Of a DNA stretch of 64,000 nucleotides, positions 1 through 17,927 are shown piece after piece. Position 1 is the first letter of the stretch, and every line of letters starts with the position of its first letter. The position numbers and the translations under genes were made by a program. The notes below the pieces were generated by a model. That model searched no databases and had not been told where the DNA came from. It saw only the letters and a list, made by a program, of their open reading frames with translations. The DNA comes from Amoebophrya sp. A120 (lineage: Eukaryota > Protista > Dinoflagellata): the NCBI GenBank assembly GCA_905178155.1, contig CAJINV010000002.1, positions 5,699,709-5,763,708 on the forward strand, read 5' to 3'.

Positions 1-1610
1 ACCGACATCCATGCCTTTGCAGCCTGTGGGTAAGGTGCCGCCCCCCGGAGGTGCAGTCCTACCCAGTCCGCTCCCGCACGAGAAAGTATCAAAATACAGA
101 AAAAGCAGCAGCGCCTGCTCTCCCGCCCACGAGCCGGACCGAAACTTGATGTCATGTGCGGTTGTACACAACAAGGAAATTTTGTATACATGATCTCTGC
201 ACAGAAGTAGTACCTCCGAAAGACGACGTGATTTTTTCTGTCTCCCGAAGTTCGGACTCTAAAGCATTCAAATGTCGGTGCTTTTTTAGTAGAACTCGCC
301 CCGCACATCGCATCAAAGCGCGTAACCCTTCTGGTGGGTGTCAAGGGAGTGGGAAGTCATTTGTTATTTCGCTTTCATAAAGAGGTGCTCCCGCCCGCCC
401 GGGAGATGCGGATGGAGTCCGCGCGCCTGGGAGCAAAGCGCCGGCGCAAGCAAGGCCTGTTGCGCAAATTAAGCTGACACGGACTCCGCAACAGAAATCG
501 AGCGGGGGTTTGTGGAGATGGTTCCTCAATTTGTTCGGGTTGGCAGCGTAATTATGAACATGCTTGCAGCGTTCGTTGAACAGGTGCTGGGAGCATTGAT
601 GTAGAAAAGTTAAATTTCAGAGAGCCAGGTCAGTAAGTTGCTGGCGACCGATGATCGCTCGACGTTCTTTGATTCATACTAAATTATTTTTGCCATAAAA
701 TTACACATTTTCAAGCTCATGGTTACATTCTCAACTGAGTAACCAGTCTTGATCCGCATTTTTGTTTTCTGCACAGCAGTGTCGCGTACGAAATCAATTT
801 TTTCGTGCAGGAGTAGAACTAATACACCAGATTGTGATGTTGGAGAGACCGCTTTCCAGTTGACATCTGGGAGGTCCTGGAAGGCAATACAGCTACTCGG
901 CAGCATTTGATAATGAAGCGCTCATGGAGATGAATAAAGACATCACTGAGCCTGTCGAGTAGTAGTTACAGAAGAGAGCAAGAATCGAATCCATTGCCAC
1001 AGCCTGAAGGAATGAAAAATATCGTGCATGTATGATTTCAAAGCCCACCCTGCTGACCTGACGCGATTACCTCGAGAAGTGTGTGCGCATTGGTACAAAG
1101 CACCACGTAATTGTTGACAAGGTGTTCGAAAACCTTTCTTTCTCTCTCGAATTTCTCATCGTGACAAATTCTGGAATGGTGGATCATCTGCGAAATCACT
1201 TGAAACCGATGCAACTCAGCTACAGGCACACGAAGCCTATCCGGGAACGAAGACGATAATTCTGTAAAAGCGGCGGCTTGATGATGTTTTGACCGCGACG
1301 TGGCTGCGTGGTTTTCATTTCTTGAGCTCCTATCAGCACCATTCGCAGCCTACCTAAAGATCCTGCTTTACATTTGCCTCTGTTCATGCCCGCGCGCGAT
1401 TTTGAAGTACTGCAGCATCAACAAAGTATTAATTAGTTCTTCCGTTTATTGTTCCCCACCTCCCCAAAAAGCAGTCGCTTTGGCACGACCAGCAACTTTG
1501 CTTCCAAAAGGAAGCGATTGTTTCGATTTAGGAGCAGTAGGTTTCCAATTTAGAATCTTCGTTTAAATTTAAATCCGATAAGTGAAGAACACCTTCGTAG
1601 ATCTGAAAAG

Positions 1611-5719
<4,109 letters not shown>

Positions 5720-7144
5720 GGAGGTGAAATTCATGTCGGATTTGGATGCTCTCTTTGAAAACTTTTTCGTGTTTCATCAAGAGTAGACGGGTTTGATACC
5801 ACACTAGAAATTTTCATCTACAGTTCAATTTACGTCGACCCCATAGATATACTTCGGCTCATCTTCTCTCGGAAAATCTTTATTCAGTCTTCTTTTTCAC
5901 ACGTCCTTTCAGAAGTTTTTTTGCGTATTATGTGGCGAGTTGTACATAAGTCACATCATCTGCTTTGTTTTCATTCGCATCATTTCCCCGCGACTGGTGG
6001 TGATCCTTCGGATGGCAGGGCCGGTGAAGATGTGACACCCCGCTCTCCGCCGGACACAGGTCGATGTAAAAGTTTAATTTTCGATTTTGCCGACGCTCTA
6101 CATGGGAAGCAAACGCCGACCACACGATCTGGCGGTCGAGATTTAGAACTACGTTGCAGCTCCAGTTGCAAACAAGACCATGCGTTAAGACCCGCGACGG
6201 CGCTGTTGGATCTATACTTTCAAACAAGGATCAAATGAATACTTACTTCTGCGTTCTTCAGCAGGTCTTTAAAATGAAAAAATAATCTTCTTCCCCGCGT
6301 TTTGGTTTGTTTGCTACTTCTGGATCACGAACAAGGCAACAAGGTAGGATTGAGCAGGCGCAAGCACAGGCGGTTACGATTCTATGGTTACGTGTTGGTC
6401 GAAAAAATTTGGTACGTCTCATATACAAACTTTTCTCAGTATAGACAACTAAAATCAACCATCTTCCGCACTGAAACCCAAGTTCACGGAATTTCTAAAT
6501 CATTGTCTTGCACAAGATGAATCAGAAGCGAGTCGGCTGCCGGCTTGTTCACGTCTGAGAGAAACGCGTAGATCTGAATAGCTTTCGGTCCTTTTCCGCG
6601 AGAGAAGCGATTCACCATTCAGACGAGTCGGTTGAGTTTAGATGAAGGCCCACGCTTCGGATGGATTTGAAATGACGCGTTGGCAGGATCTTTAAATCTT
6701 GACTGATGTTTGTTTACCAAGGATCTAAATCGCAAAAGAGCAGGCTCACGCGCGAAAGACAGAGGTCTATGCAATTCTTTATGGATCTGGAAAAAACACG
6801 GAACACATTTCAACAACTTTCCACAGTCCTCAGAAAGTGCGAGATCCGTTCTCAAAAATCCTCAAGTCACCACAACATTCACTGATTTTTCTGATCTAAA
6901 GCCTGCGACTACCAATCCCAAATTGTTTTCACACGACATTTCCGATCTTCTTTTCACACCGAAATCTGATCTGTAAATCTGTTTTCCACTGCCTGCGACA
7001 TCACAAGTTTCTTAAAGCCTCGCTTTGAAAAAAACAGGAGTTTCGCGTACTCTTAGAAGATTCTTTGTGAAGAATCGCTTTCATTTGCCGAATTGCCTTT
7101 GCTCTGCCTCGTAGTCTACTTTTCAGAACACCAAAACCTACAAA

Positions 7145-9985
7145 ATGTCCAAGTCTCTCGCCGTTGGTATCGATTTGGGTACGACGTACTCCTGCGTCGG
7201 CGTGATGAAGAACGACACTGTCGAAATCATCGCGAACGACCAGGGTAACCGTACCACCCCCTCCTACGTCGCCTTCACCGACACCGAGCGCCTGATCGGT
7301 GACGCCGCGAAGAACCAGTCCGCGCGCAACCCGGAGAACACCGTCTTCGACGCCAAGCGCCTGATCGGTCGTAAGTTCAACGACCCTATCGTGCAGTCGG
7401 ATATCAAGCTGTGGCCGTTCAAGGTTCTCGCTGGTTCCGGAGACAAGCCCATGATCGAGGTCACCTACCAGGCCGAGCAGAAGAAGTTCCACCCGGAAGA
7501 GATCTCCAGTATAAGATTTTTGCTCTGCTTTTGTGCAATTCAAGAAGAATGTGATTCTAAAAATTTGCGTCGAGCAGTGATGATTGTACTTACCACCGTG
7601 AGAAAAGAAGATATTGGGCTGCTAGTGACGTAGTTGTTGAGGACTTTTTTGTAAAATCTCTAGTAGACGAGCACAAACCTAAATGTAATATTCAGGTATG
7701 ATCCTGACGAAGATGAAGGAAACCGCCGAACAGTACCTGGGCACCACCGTCAATGACGCCGTCGTTACGGTTCCGGCCTACTTCAACGACTCCCAGCGTC
7801 AGGCCACCAAGGACGCCGGTAGCATTTGCGGTCTGAACGTGCTGCGTATCATCAACGAACCCACCGCCGCGGCCATCGCGTACGGTCTGGACAAGAAGGG
7901 CTGTGGCGAACAGAACGTGCTGATCTTCGATATGGGCGGCGGTAAATGCGACTTTTTGTTCTCTTCATGAGTGATAATTTTTTTTCTGTTGCAAGCAAAC
8001 AAACGCTGCCAAATCAATTGGAATGTGCGTCGTGTGCGTTTCTTGAGAGTAGAGAGCATCGAAGACAATAGCATCTACTAAACTGCTTCTACACAGGTAC
8101 CTTCGATGTGTCCCTGCTGACCATCGAGGATGGTATCTTCGAAGTGAAGGCCACCGCGGGTGATACCCACTTGGGTGGTGAGGATTTCGATAACCGCATC
8201 GTCGACTTCTGCGTCCAGGACTTCAAGCGTAAGAACCGTGGCAAGGACCTCACCGGAAACCAGCGGGCCCTGCGTCGTCTGCGCACCCAGTGCGAGCGCG
8301 CCAAGCGCACGTTGTCCTCCTCCACGCAGGCTACCATCGAAATCGACTCTCTCTTCGAGGGTATCGATTTCTCCTGCACCCTGTCTCGCGCCAGGTAGAG
8401 TGAATTAGTTGTGTGGTTCAGTATTTGATGCCGACTCATTATTCAGATTATGTTGTAAAGATTGGCTTCGTATATTGTATAACGCGTCGTCATGTTTTGG
8501 TCTACATGCGTAACAATGTCGCCGTCACTTCATCTAAAATTTGTAAACCAAATCTTCACGCACATGATTTAGGTTTGAGGAGTTGAACATGGACTACTTC
8601 CGTAACTCCATGGGACCGGTCGAGAAGGCCCTGCGTGATTCCGGCGTCGACAAGAAGAACGTCAACGAAATCGTGTTGGTCGGTGGTTCCACGCGTATCC
8701 CCAAGGTGCAGTCCATGTTGCAGGAATTCTTCAACGGAAAGGAGCCCAACCGCTCCATCAACCCGGATGAGGCCGTCGCATACGGTGCCGCCGTCCAGGC
8801 CGCGATCCTGACCAACCAGGGAGGTTCCTCCACGACAGACATCCTGTTGTTGGATGTCGCTCCGCTGTCCATGGGTCTCGAGACCGCCGGAGGTAACTTT
8901 AGATTTTCCGCTTGTGTGTGATTATTGATGTCCGCATTGAAGATGCTGCGCCTGAGTACTATCAAGCAAAATTATGCACTTTCAGGGCGTATTTTTCTAG
9001 AGGTAACCGTTATTGATCTGCAGTGTAAATTGGGAATGCTCCGGAATCTCAATTTGATTTCCTTATTGTGCTGTCCTGCACAGGTGTGATGACCAAGCTG
9101 ATCGAGCGTAACACGACCATCCCGACCAAGAAGAACCAGACCTTCACTACCTACGCTGACAACCAGCCGGGTGTGCTGATCCAGGTGTTCGAGGGTGAGC
9201 GTGCCATGACGAAGGACAACAACTTGCTCGGTAAGTTCCACCTGGACGGTATTCCGGGTGCCCCGCGTGGTGTGCCGCAGATCGAGGTCACGTTTGACGT
9301 GGATGCCAACGGTATTTTGAACGTGTCCGCACAGGACAAGGCCTCCGGCAAGTCCAACCAGATCACGATCACCAACGAGAAGGGCCGCCTGTCCCAGGCC
9401 GACATTGACCGCATGGTCAGCGAGGCCGAAAAGTACAAGTCGGAGGATGAGGCCAACAAGGTCAAGATCGAGGCCAAGAACGGCCTGGAGAACTACTGCT
9501 TCAACATGCGCAACTCTCTGGACGACCCGAACTTGAAGGAGAAATTCGAGGGAGACGATAAGGACAAGATTGAGGCCGCCGTCAAGGAGGCCCTCGACTG
9601 GTTGGACCGCAACCAGATGGCCGAGAAGGTATTTGTGCTTTAGATGCAGGAGCTTCTTTTGGGTCAGTTTTTCTTGTTTTCGCATGGCATCTTCTCGGAT
9701 GGCATATAATTACCTGTGTGCAGGATTTTTCATCCCAGCTGTTGGCATGCCAGAGTAAGACCATCATGCATTTACATTTTCACCCTTTAAAAACCTAAAA
9801 AACAGGACGAGTTCGAGGCAAAGCAGAAGGAGGTCGAGGCTGTTGCCAACCCGATCATGATGAAGGTCTACCAGGCTGCCGGCGGCGCTGGCGGTGCCGG
9901 TGGCATGCCGGACATGGGTGCTGGTGGCGGCATGCCGGACATGTCCGCTGGCGGTGCGGGCCCGACCGTCGAGGAGGTCGATTAA
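7145..9985 (+). CDS. HSP70: Cytosolic HSP70, copy 2 (6 exons: 7145-7508, 7696-7941, 8097-8394, 8573-8892, 9084-9628, 9806-9985)
   Basis: Same motifs and same five intron positions as copy 1, all GT-AG; ends GPTVEEVD. Confidence 0.97.
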
Positions 9986-11997
9986 GCGAATAGTGAAAAT
10001 GGAAAATAACCTGGAGTTTTGATTCGACATCACGGTGTATTTTGAAACGAAAATAACCGGAAGAACGGACCACTACTGCCCAGGAGAGGACCACAGGAAC
10101 TTTGGACAACCGACAATCTATCTGTTTGGAAGTTGGACGAAGTTGATGTGCTACAATCGGCAAGGAAGTAGGTAATTAAAAGGCAAAAGAATCTGAGGCA
10201 AGAAAATAATTCGGATAATTTAGTCACCCATTACGACTGCGCAAAAACCAACACGAGAATTTTTCGAATAAAGAGGCTACACGTGAAACGCAATTTGTAT
10301 TGGTATGTACCTATTAGATCGGAATTTCCACCCGTTTCTGTTGTGGAGCTTTGCTGTTCTCCGATACGGCGCTGCGCTATCGAGGGTCGCTGCTGTTGCG
10401 GAACTAAAGAACCGATCGCGACGACATGTGGTGCCACCTGCGGAAAAATCGTTGGACAGACCAAGCGCAGTGAGATTTTTGAATTCTCGAAGCGTTTGAA
10501 ACTGGAACGAGCAGGCGGTATAACTACAGGGTTCGCGTTCCGCACAGCGACGAAGAGTAAGTGACCGCTCGATGGCAGTGAAGCAGTGCCCGGAAGAACC
10601 GAATGACTCGATGATTTAAACTAGCGGAATCCCGAGTCGATGCATTGAAATAATTTATGATTTTTACGTGCTTGAAAGGCGAAGAAACCCCCTCGATTAC
10701 GTGCTAAAGACAAGGAATTCTAGACCACCGAAGAAAAATGAAGTAGTACTAGCATACGCTGCAAATGAAATGAACGCAAAAAATTTGGAAAAGACGCTTG
10801 TTTTTGTGCAGATTTCAAGAGATCACTATGCTATGTTTCGATCTATGGTACCCGTGTATAACCGCATGTCGATAGAGCGCGACAATCTCCAGGATTAGTT
10901 GCGGCTTTCTCGGTGTGTGATATATCAACAACCTTACATCAAGCAGTCTATAGTGATTTTGTAGGAAAAATGCATCAAGAAAATCCGCAATCACACGAGA
11001 AAAAAAAGCATCTTATCACAAAGGGAAATCCATCGAGTTCTATTTTGGAAAGAAAAAACATGCGCTAGTACTGTTTACAAACGTACCCTTTTCTTAATCC
11101 GCATAGTTCCATATGTGTTTAGAACAAGGTCTGTACCTTTCCACAGCGAACGATTATGTTTTTTTGAATAGTGATTCACACCCCTTCAAAATCCGCACAG
11201 GAGATGAATTTGAGGCGATTGTGCACATGGAAACTTGGTTTCCACAGCATGAATTTCTCCTCAGATTCGCATCCTCCAGAAACCTTTCACACCTGTCTTT
11301 GCAAAATCGTGAGCTCTTCGCCCAGAAACTGTCTGAAAAAACTTTAGGCAGATCCCTACTCTTAGGTATACAGTCTTAATATTTCAGATTCAAACAAAAA
11401 CGGTAACGCCCGCGCTAGGCTGTGTTTTGTCGGAGAGGAATCCGCACGTGTGTGACTGTTCGACTTTTCCTTTGCTTTTCCAGGCCGTTCATCTTCGAAC
11501 GCACTACATTGCGTTTTCTTTCATTTTTGTGAAAGCAAAGAAGATCTTTGGTTTTTCTTCGCTCTTCGTTGGTCCAGATCTACCTTCTTTTTCATCTGGA
11601 GTGTGTGTGTGTGTGCCTGATGAGGTGATCCGTGCGTTTGCTGGATGGCGATCCGCTTTGTGCTTTTTGGAAGATCTCCTAATTACAAAGCGGGCACTAC
11701 TTTCTATTTGGCCCGCTCAGGGTCAATTACCTGAATCCAACTGAAAAACAATGATCCCGATCATGGTGGTGGATATTTGCGTTTTTCATCACCACTACAA
11801 GCCTCGACTACAAATCTTGCATTTGTTTCGAGCGGTTTGCAAAAGCAAAAAGACGTGCCAGCTCTGGTCCAACAGAAAAAGCAGAAACAGCACGTTTTGA
11901 CAGAAAATCGTAACAAGTAAGCAGCGATCGCTTTAGTTTCTGAATCTGTAGCGATCGGTCATTTTCTCCTGCCCAAAATCTTGATCTTCTATCCATC

Positions 11998-14900
11998 ATG
12001 AAGCGCCTGCTAGTCCAGCAAGGCCGGAATGCGACCGGTACTGGTGGCTCCGGAAACTGCCGACGAGCCCCGGGGCAGGCGGTGACGCAACGATCGTGTA
12101 AAAATTTTTCAACCAACGCCGCCGCCGTAGCGGAAGTTCATGCAGAAGCATCAACTGTGACTGCGAGCAGTAGTGTCCTAGGGAACACGACCACCAGTAG
12201 TGGTTGTACTAGCAACAACAGCGTGACTCTCCCCTCCGGAAAAGTCATCAACGTCCCGAGGAAGATTCCGCAGCCGACGCAGAACCCAAACGTGAAAGCC
12301 TCCGCGGCGTCGCTGAAGCAAAAAGTGGCGGAAAACGCAAAGCAGGCGCTACAGCAGAAGGTAGCGCAGCGGTATGCGATCGGGGACACGGGAATGGCCA
12401 CGGTGCTGGAGAAGCAAGTGGTGCAGGAACAAGGCCGTGGATCACCTGGTGGCCAGGTGGAAAGTTGTATACACGCTGAAGCAGGAGGAGCCGCGCTTGG
12501 AGGTGCAGCTGAAATAAATCGAAATGTTCGTGAAGATGGTAAAATAAACACGACGACCTCCACAGCGTCCGCGAGTGCCGTGGAGAAGACAGTGGAAGAG
12601 TTGGAAGCTGAGCAGAAGTACAAGGAGACCGCGATGAAAATGCGCAGAATCAAGTCGCTGTTTTCCCAGCTGAATCAAGCGGCCAATGCGGGCAAGATGA
12701 CGCAAATCGAAGCTTTGCTAACCGAGTTGGAGAACACAGACGCGATTGCGGAACGAGTCCAGATGTACAACATTGCTCTCAAGGGGGTCAGCAAGGCGTT
12801 TTCAATGTCGTCAAGGAACCAGAACTCCGGAGATCGACGTGGTAACTATGTATCGTCAGCGGACCAGGATTACAACAGCACTCAACTGGTGCAACAAGCG
12901 GAGAATCTGTTCCAGCGGCTGCTGCAAAACGGCGAGACACCCAGTTCGTACACCTACTCCGCATTAATTCAGTGCTGCATCGAGGCCAATCGTTACGATT
13001 TGGCTGAGAAGTGGTTCGAGGAATATCGGAAAAATTTGGAGATTTTTGGAAGTGGAAATAATCCACCCAGTGAAAATGCACCTGCGAAGGGAAATGACGG
13101 GCGGGAGGTGAAAAGCAGCGAAAGCGGGGCAGAAAGGGGTGGCAGTGCAGCGGAGGGTGGTGCTGCAACTTCGGGTACTTACGCATGAGAGACTTTTGTT
13201 CGATGAGGGGTCATTGTTAATAATCTAGATTCTCTCTTGCTTGCAGGACAAAGCTACGTCGTAACAAACTGTGTGGACTTGTTGATGCGAAGGGCGCAAC
13301 ATCAATTTTACAGACGCTACAACTACTACATCCCCGGCCCAAGACATTGATGATCACGAAGTGATTTACAGTTCCATGATGAATGCCGCGTTCATATTGT
13401 ATTTAAAAACGTCCCCACCCCATAGTTGCAATGCAAATCTGCATGCTGAAAATGTTTCTCATGGGGAGCCCCATGAGAAGCGGTTTCTAGTCGTGTTTTG
13501 GAATTTGTCATGCTCCAGTCAGCATGATATACTAGATCTGTGATGCTGCTGAACTACCTCAAACAGCACTACACTACGAGTGCAAATTTGTCATGCAAAA
13601 CAGCCAAAACTTGTGGACTTGTCTAGCCGATTCCCCATCTTGACTATGGTGTGGGCACGTTTTTACATAGGATAGTTCAAAGCGCACAAGTCACTGGAGG
13701 CGGAAAAATACTTCCGGCTGCTCACGGAGGACTGCGACATTCGGCCGAGCCTGGTGTATCCTGTGCAAAAGTATCGTACTCGTATTGCAATCATGCATTA
13801 CAAATCCTTTTGCTAAGGTAAATCTGCATTACAAATTTTATTATTATTTCTCATGCTGAGAAAATTTGTAATGCATTTATACGAGTACGATACTTTTGCA
13901 GTTCATATGGTGTCTTACGGAACGATGCTCTACGGGTTCGCGCGCAGGTGCGACAATTGGGGCAAGGCCATGGAATACTTGGACTTGGTATAATGAAAGG
14001 TTATACCATTATACGACGATAGTTTTTTTGATTTTTTTTTTCTGCAGAGTATCAAAGAAGGGAGAAGCCCTCCGTGCAATGGAAGGGGCGGCGCGCTCGG
14101 TGGGTGTCCAGAGGTCGTGTGCATCTTCTTCCGTAGGATTCGAAAATTTGAAGCCTAGGTTTGTGAACAAAAAAAATTCCAGATGCAATCCCAGAACATC
14201 CAGCCGAATGCGGTAATCTACACGTCCCTGATTTCCTACTGTGCGAAGCGAAACGATTGGCAGAACGCGGAAAAGTGGATGGAAGAGATGTGCGAGAAAA
14301 ATGTCCTGCCTGACATATGCATTGTAAATGTGTCTGGGTGTGGAAACTTGTGATGCAAATCTCTGAAGAACGCTGGGCGCACCGTAATGCGCAGCCAAGC
14401 ATGACAAGTTTTTCAGCTGCTATGTGTTTCGTACTCCGCATGACAAGCTGCGTTTTCGCATGACAGGTAAGAGGAGCTTATCGTGGCTATGCATCACAGA
14501 TTTACGAGTCATGCCCGACAAGCATGACAAACCTTCCAGACGTAGATACATGTGCATTTGATATGACAGCTGGGCGTACAACGCGTTACTCACCGTTTTG
14601 ATCCGGCACGAGCAAACGGACCGGGCTATCAAAAGGAAAAATCCCCCCTCCCCATACTGAAAAGGTATACTTTTGGAAATTTGTGATGCTGATTTGTGGC
14701 CACAAATCGCGTCTGTCTTGCAAGAAGGCAACTCCGCAGGCTTCGCCGCATTATGCAGGCGCTTTGTCATGCTGTTGGGCCTACAGTGCGGATTTTTTCC
14801 ATGCTAAGAGCCTAGGCCAAAACCTCTCTCCTCACACTTAGCATGGGCCTGCAGTGCTTTCCAGCAAGACAGCGCGGATTTGTGTACACAGACCCAGCAT

Positions 14901-17900
14901 CAGAAATCTCGTTTTGATATGGGGCGGTGGAATTTTTCCTTTCGATGCGGGCGCTGTTTTATTTGGACAAGGCGCTCACCGGGGAGCACAAGAAGCACGT
15001 GAAGAAGAAGGAGCTCCGAATCGACGGATTATTGCGGCTGGTGTGCAGCAACGCTGCGGGCGAGGCGGCGTCGGTGGAGAATTACCCCGTGGAGACGATT
15101 GAAAAAGTCTTCGACGCGGTGTTGCACGCCCAGCACCCGATCGAGGTGATCTCCTTCAATTTAGCGATCGCCGCGATGTGGGCCCGGAACGCGGAGGAGA
15201 AGGCGATGTTTTATTTCGAGAAATTGAAGAACTGGAACCTCAAGTCCGGGTCCGCCAGACAGCTGGAGCCGACGACGTATTTTTTGTTACGATTTTTTCG
15301 GCTTTATGTTCTGATTTTGTACAATTTTAATTATCGCATCTCCTCACTTAGAAGCAAGGACACATGCATGCGCCAGGAATTTTGTTTGTCCTTTTCGGGA
15401 TGAATAAAAAAAAGGTGGCTCAAATTTTTTCCATCAAGCATGATATCATTTCCAAACAGCTACACCCACTTCGCGATGATGCGTGGGGCGCAGAGCCAGA
15501 TGAAGGGGGAGTTCGCGATCAACTACTACGAGAAATACGTGAAGGAAAGTGAAAAAGACTGCTCGAAGCTGGAGAACCTCTACCTCCGGCTCTTGCTGGA
15601 ATCGGAAAAGGAATCGGATCAGGAGAAAGCGCAAAAACACCGAAAATCGATGGAAGACCGGATGATTGAATTTGACAACCTGAGCAAGCGGGCGCTCGGA
15701 GTTATCCTGAGTAAAAACGTCACCACCCCAGAGTTGTCATGCAGATTTCCAGCCACAGGAAGATTTGTCATGCGCATCTCCATGAGAGGCATTTCCAGTC
15801 GTGTTTTGGACTTTGTAATTCCCTAAACTGGGTGAGTAGGTGGATTTGCGTTGCGGCTGTATCATGCTTGACTCCCAAAACTTCTCGACTTGTGTTGCGA
15901 GATCCCCAGCTTGACTCTGGGGTGGGGACGTTTTTGCTCAGGATAAGAGTGGAAAAGTACTCTCAATCGCTGTTTTTTCTTGGCATGCTTGTTTATTTTG
16001 TGCATCGACAGTTTAAGTTTTGCTTTTGCCTTTGATGCTATGCAGGATGTGAGAATGATCCTCTAGGTCGGAATAAGATTCATCAAATCCAGCAAGAAAA
16101 ACATCAAGATCCCAACCGGCGAAAAAGAGTTCTTCACGTCATTCCAGTTACTTATTTCACTTTCTGCAATGCTTTAGTCAGCAGGGAAACTACTTCACTC
16201 ATAGTTTCGCTGTGTTACGACATTGCTACACTAAACCGATCACACCGCAGTCACCTTCTTGAAGACCTCCTAGTCACTTTGCGTTTTGGTTTTCATTTCG
16301 CGCCGACTTGGTCTTCCGATTGCATCGTGATCTCTCACTTCGCTTCTGAGAGTTGAAGGCTACTTTTGATGAACTGCTTTAGCGGATGATATTCTTCACA
16401 GATATAATCTGTTGGTAGTTCTTTTTTGTAGTGGTCTTCTTAGTTTTGCGAAGGACAATTTATTTTTCGGGTCCTCACGCTCGCATCGAGATCGATCAAC
16501 ATCGTGATTTGCAGCCTCGGGGTTGTACGATAAAAAATCGAAAACGATAGTATAGCCGATCAAGAGCAAAAAGATATTTAATTTGACGTTGTTTATTGAC
16601 TAACAGGGAGTCTGTTGTCCAGCAAACCACTTCGGACGATGGAACGACCTATCCTGAGTAGAAACGTCCCCACACCAGAGTCAAGATGCGAGATCTGCTA
16701 TACAAATCCACCAGCTTTGGTTGTTTCGCATGGCAAGTTTGTCTTCATAGTGTGATCCTGTTTAGCTAGTTCAGAAGCATCAAAGATCCAGCGCATCGTG
16801 CTGATTCTTGCGTCACAAGTTGCCAAATACGGATAGAAAATGCTTCTCAGTGGGCTCCGCATGAGAAACGTTTTTGGCATGCAATTTTGCATGACAGCTC
16901 TGGGGTGGGGACGTTTTTATTGAGAATACGACCACGACGCAATTCATCGACGAGGGCACGGTGAAGAACTCGCAGATTTTATCCTGTGTAAAAGCTTTTC
17001 CACCCCAGAGTCAAGTTCGTTGGGAACTCTGCAACACAAATCCAGAAGGTTTGGGAGTCACGCATGGCAAGTTGCAGTTTAGCAAAGGATGAAGCCGCAT
17101 AGGATGAAGCCGCATAGCAAATCCATCTCCTCATCCTGTTTACAGCATTAGAAGTTCCCAAACACGACTGGAAATGCCTTTCATGGGGATGCGCATTACA
17201 AACGCTTCTGGAATTGCAAATCTGCATGGCAACAAATCTGGGGTGGGGACGCTTTACAAACGATAGATTTTCACGAACACGGTGGTGAATTCGCGGCAGA
17301 AAGTTTTGAACAAGGCGAAAGAGAATAGTGGCGGCAGCATATCATATGTAAAAACGTCCCCACCCCATAGTCTTAGTCAAGTTGCGAAATCTGCAAGACA
17401 AATCAACGAGCTTTGCCTGTCACGCATGACAAGTTTGGCCGCGCAGTGTAGTCGTGTTTCGCCAGTTGTGAATCAGCATCACAAATCTATAGCATCTGGT
17501 GCTGATCTGAGCGTCACAAATTCCAAAACACGCCTAGCGAATGCGTCTCATCATGGAGCTCCGCATGGGACACATTTTAAGCATGCAGATTTGCATGACA
17601 AGTATCAGGTTGGGATGTTTTTACACAGGATACAGCAACGGCATCGTGTTCGGGAGCAACAAGGTTGTGGACTGGGAGGCGACAGTAAACAACAGTAGTA
17701 CAACATCAAATGACGAGAGTGGTGCAGCAGCTGGGAGTGACACTGAGACTAGTACTTCTTCGGCGGAGCAGTCTTCGTCAACTATCGTTTTCAAGAACGT
17801 GAACACCGGAGTGACCACGACCGAGCAGCCGGCGTTTGGCTGGGTGAAGGTGATGGATAGTCGATACGGGGAGGATCCGTACTACTGGGACGTGCAGAGT

Positions 17901-17927
17901 AACCGGACACAGTGGACGCCGCCGTGA
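11998..17927 (+). CDS. Pentatricopeptide-repeat (PPR) protein with presequence-like N-terminus and C-terminal WW-like domain; multi-exon, 8 introners plus GT-AG introns
   Basis: PPR-type repeats after splicing: PSSYTYSALIQCCIEANRYDLAEKWFEE, VIYSSMMNAAFKAHKSLEAEKYF, PSLVSYGTMLYGFAR, PNAVIYTSLISYCAKRNDWQNAEKWMEEM, PDSWAYNALLTVL. C-terminus GWVKVMDSRYGEDPYYWDVQSNRTQWTPP. GT-AG intron 15957-16606 links the two halves in frame. Confidence 0.82.
13395..13674. mobile_element. Introner, family A (280 bp)
   Basis: IR TATTGTATTTAAAAACGTCCCCA / TGGGCACGTTTTTACATAGGATA; 5-bp duplication GTTCA; removal restores NAAFKAHK. Confidence 0.92.
13757..13907. mobile_element. Introner, family E (151 bp)
   Basis: IR TGCAAAAGTATCGTACTCGTAT / ATACGAGTACGATACTTTTGCA with TAT/ATA ends; duplication TGGTG; restores SLVSYG. 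Confidence 0.92.
14316..14563. mobile_element. Introner, family B (248 bp)
   Basis: TATGCATTGTAAATGTGTCTGGG...TTCCAGACGTAGATACATGTGCATTTGATA; duplication TGACA; restores LPDSWAY. Confidence 0.9.
14627..14947. mobile_element. Introner, family C (321 bp)
   Basis: TATCAAAAGGAAAAATCCCC...GGAATTTTTCCTTTCGATG; duplication CGGGC; restores DRALFY. Confidence 0.9.
15703..15945. mobile_element. Introner, family A (243 bp)
   Basis: IR TATCCTGAGTAAAAACGTCACCACCCCAGAG / CTCTGGGGTGGGGACGTTTTTGCTCAGGATA; duplication GGAGT/AGAGT. Confidence 0.9.
16650..16928. mobile_element. Introner, family A (279 bp)
   Basis: TATCCTGAGTAGAAACGTCCCC...GGGGACGTTTTTATTGAGAATA; duplication CGACC. Confidence 0.9.
16980..17265. 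mobile_element. Introner, family A (286 bp)
   Basis: TATCCTGTGTAAAAGC...GGGGACGCTTTACAAACGATA; duplication GATTT; internal sequence is the reverse-complement relative of 15703-15945. Confidence 0.9.
17340..17632. mobile_element. Introner, family A (293 bp)
   Basis: TATCATATGTAAAAACGTCCCC...GGGATGTTTTTACACAGGATA; duplication CAGCA. Confidence 0.9.

Noticed and set aside
6560-6990. Cluster of GATCT words upstream of HSP70 copy 2
   Set aside because: No regular spacing or longer consensus; cannot be distinguished from compositional bias without statistics
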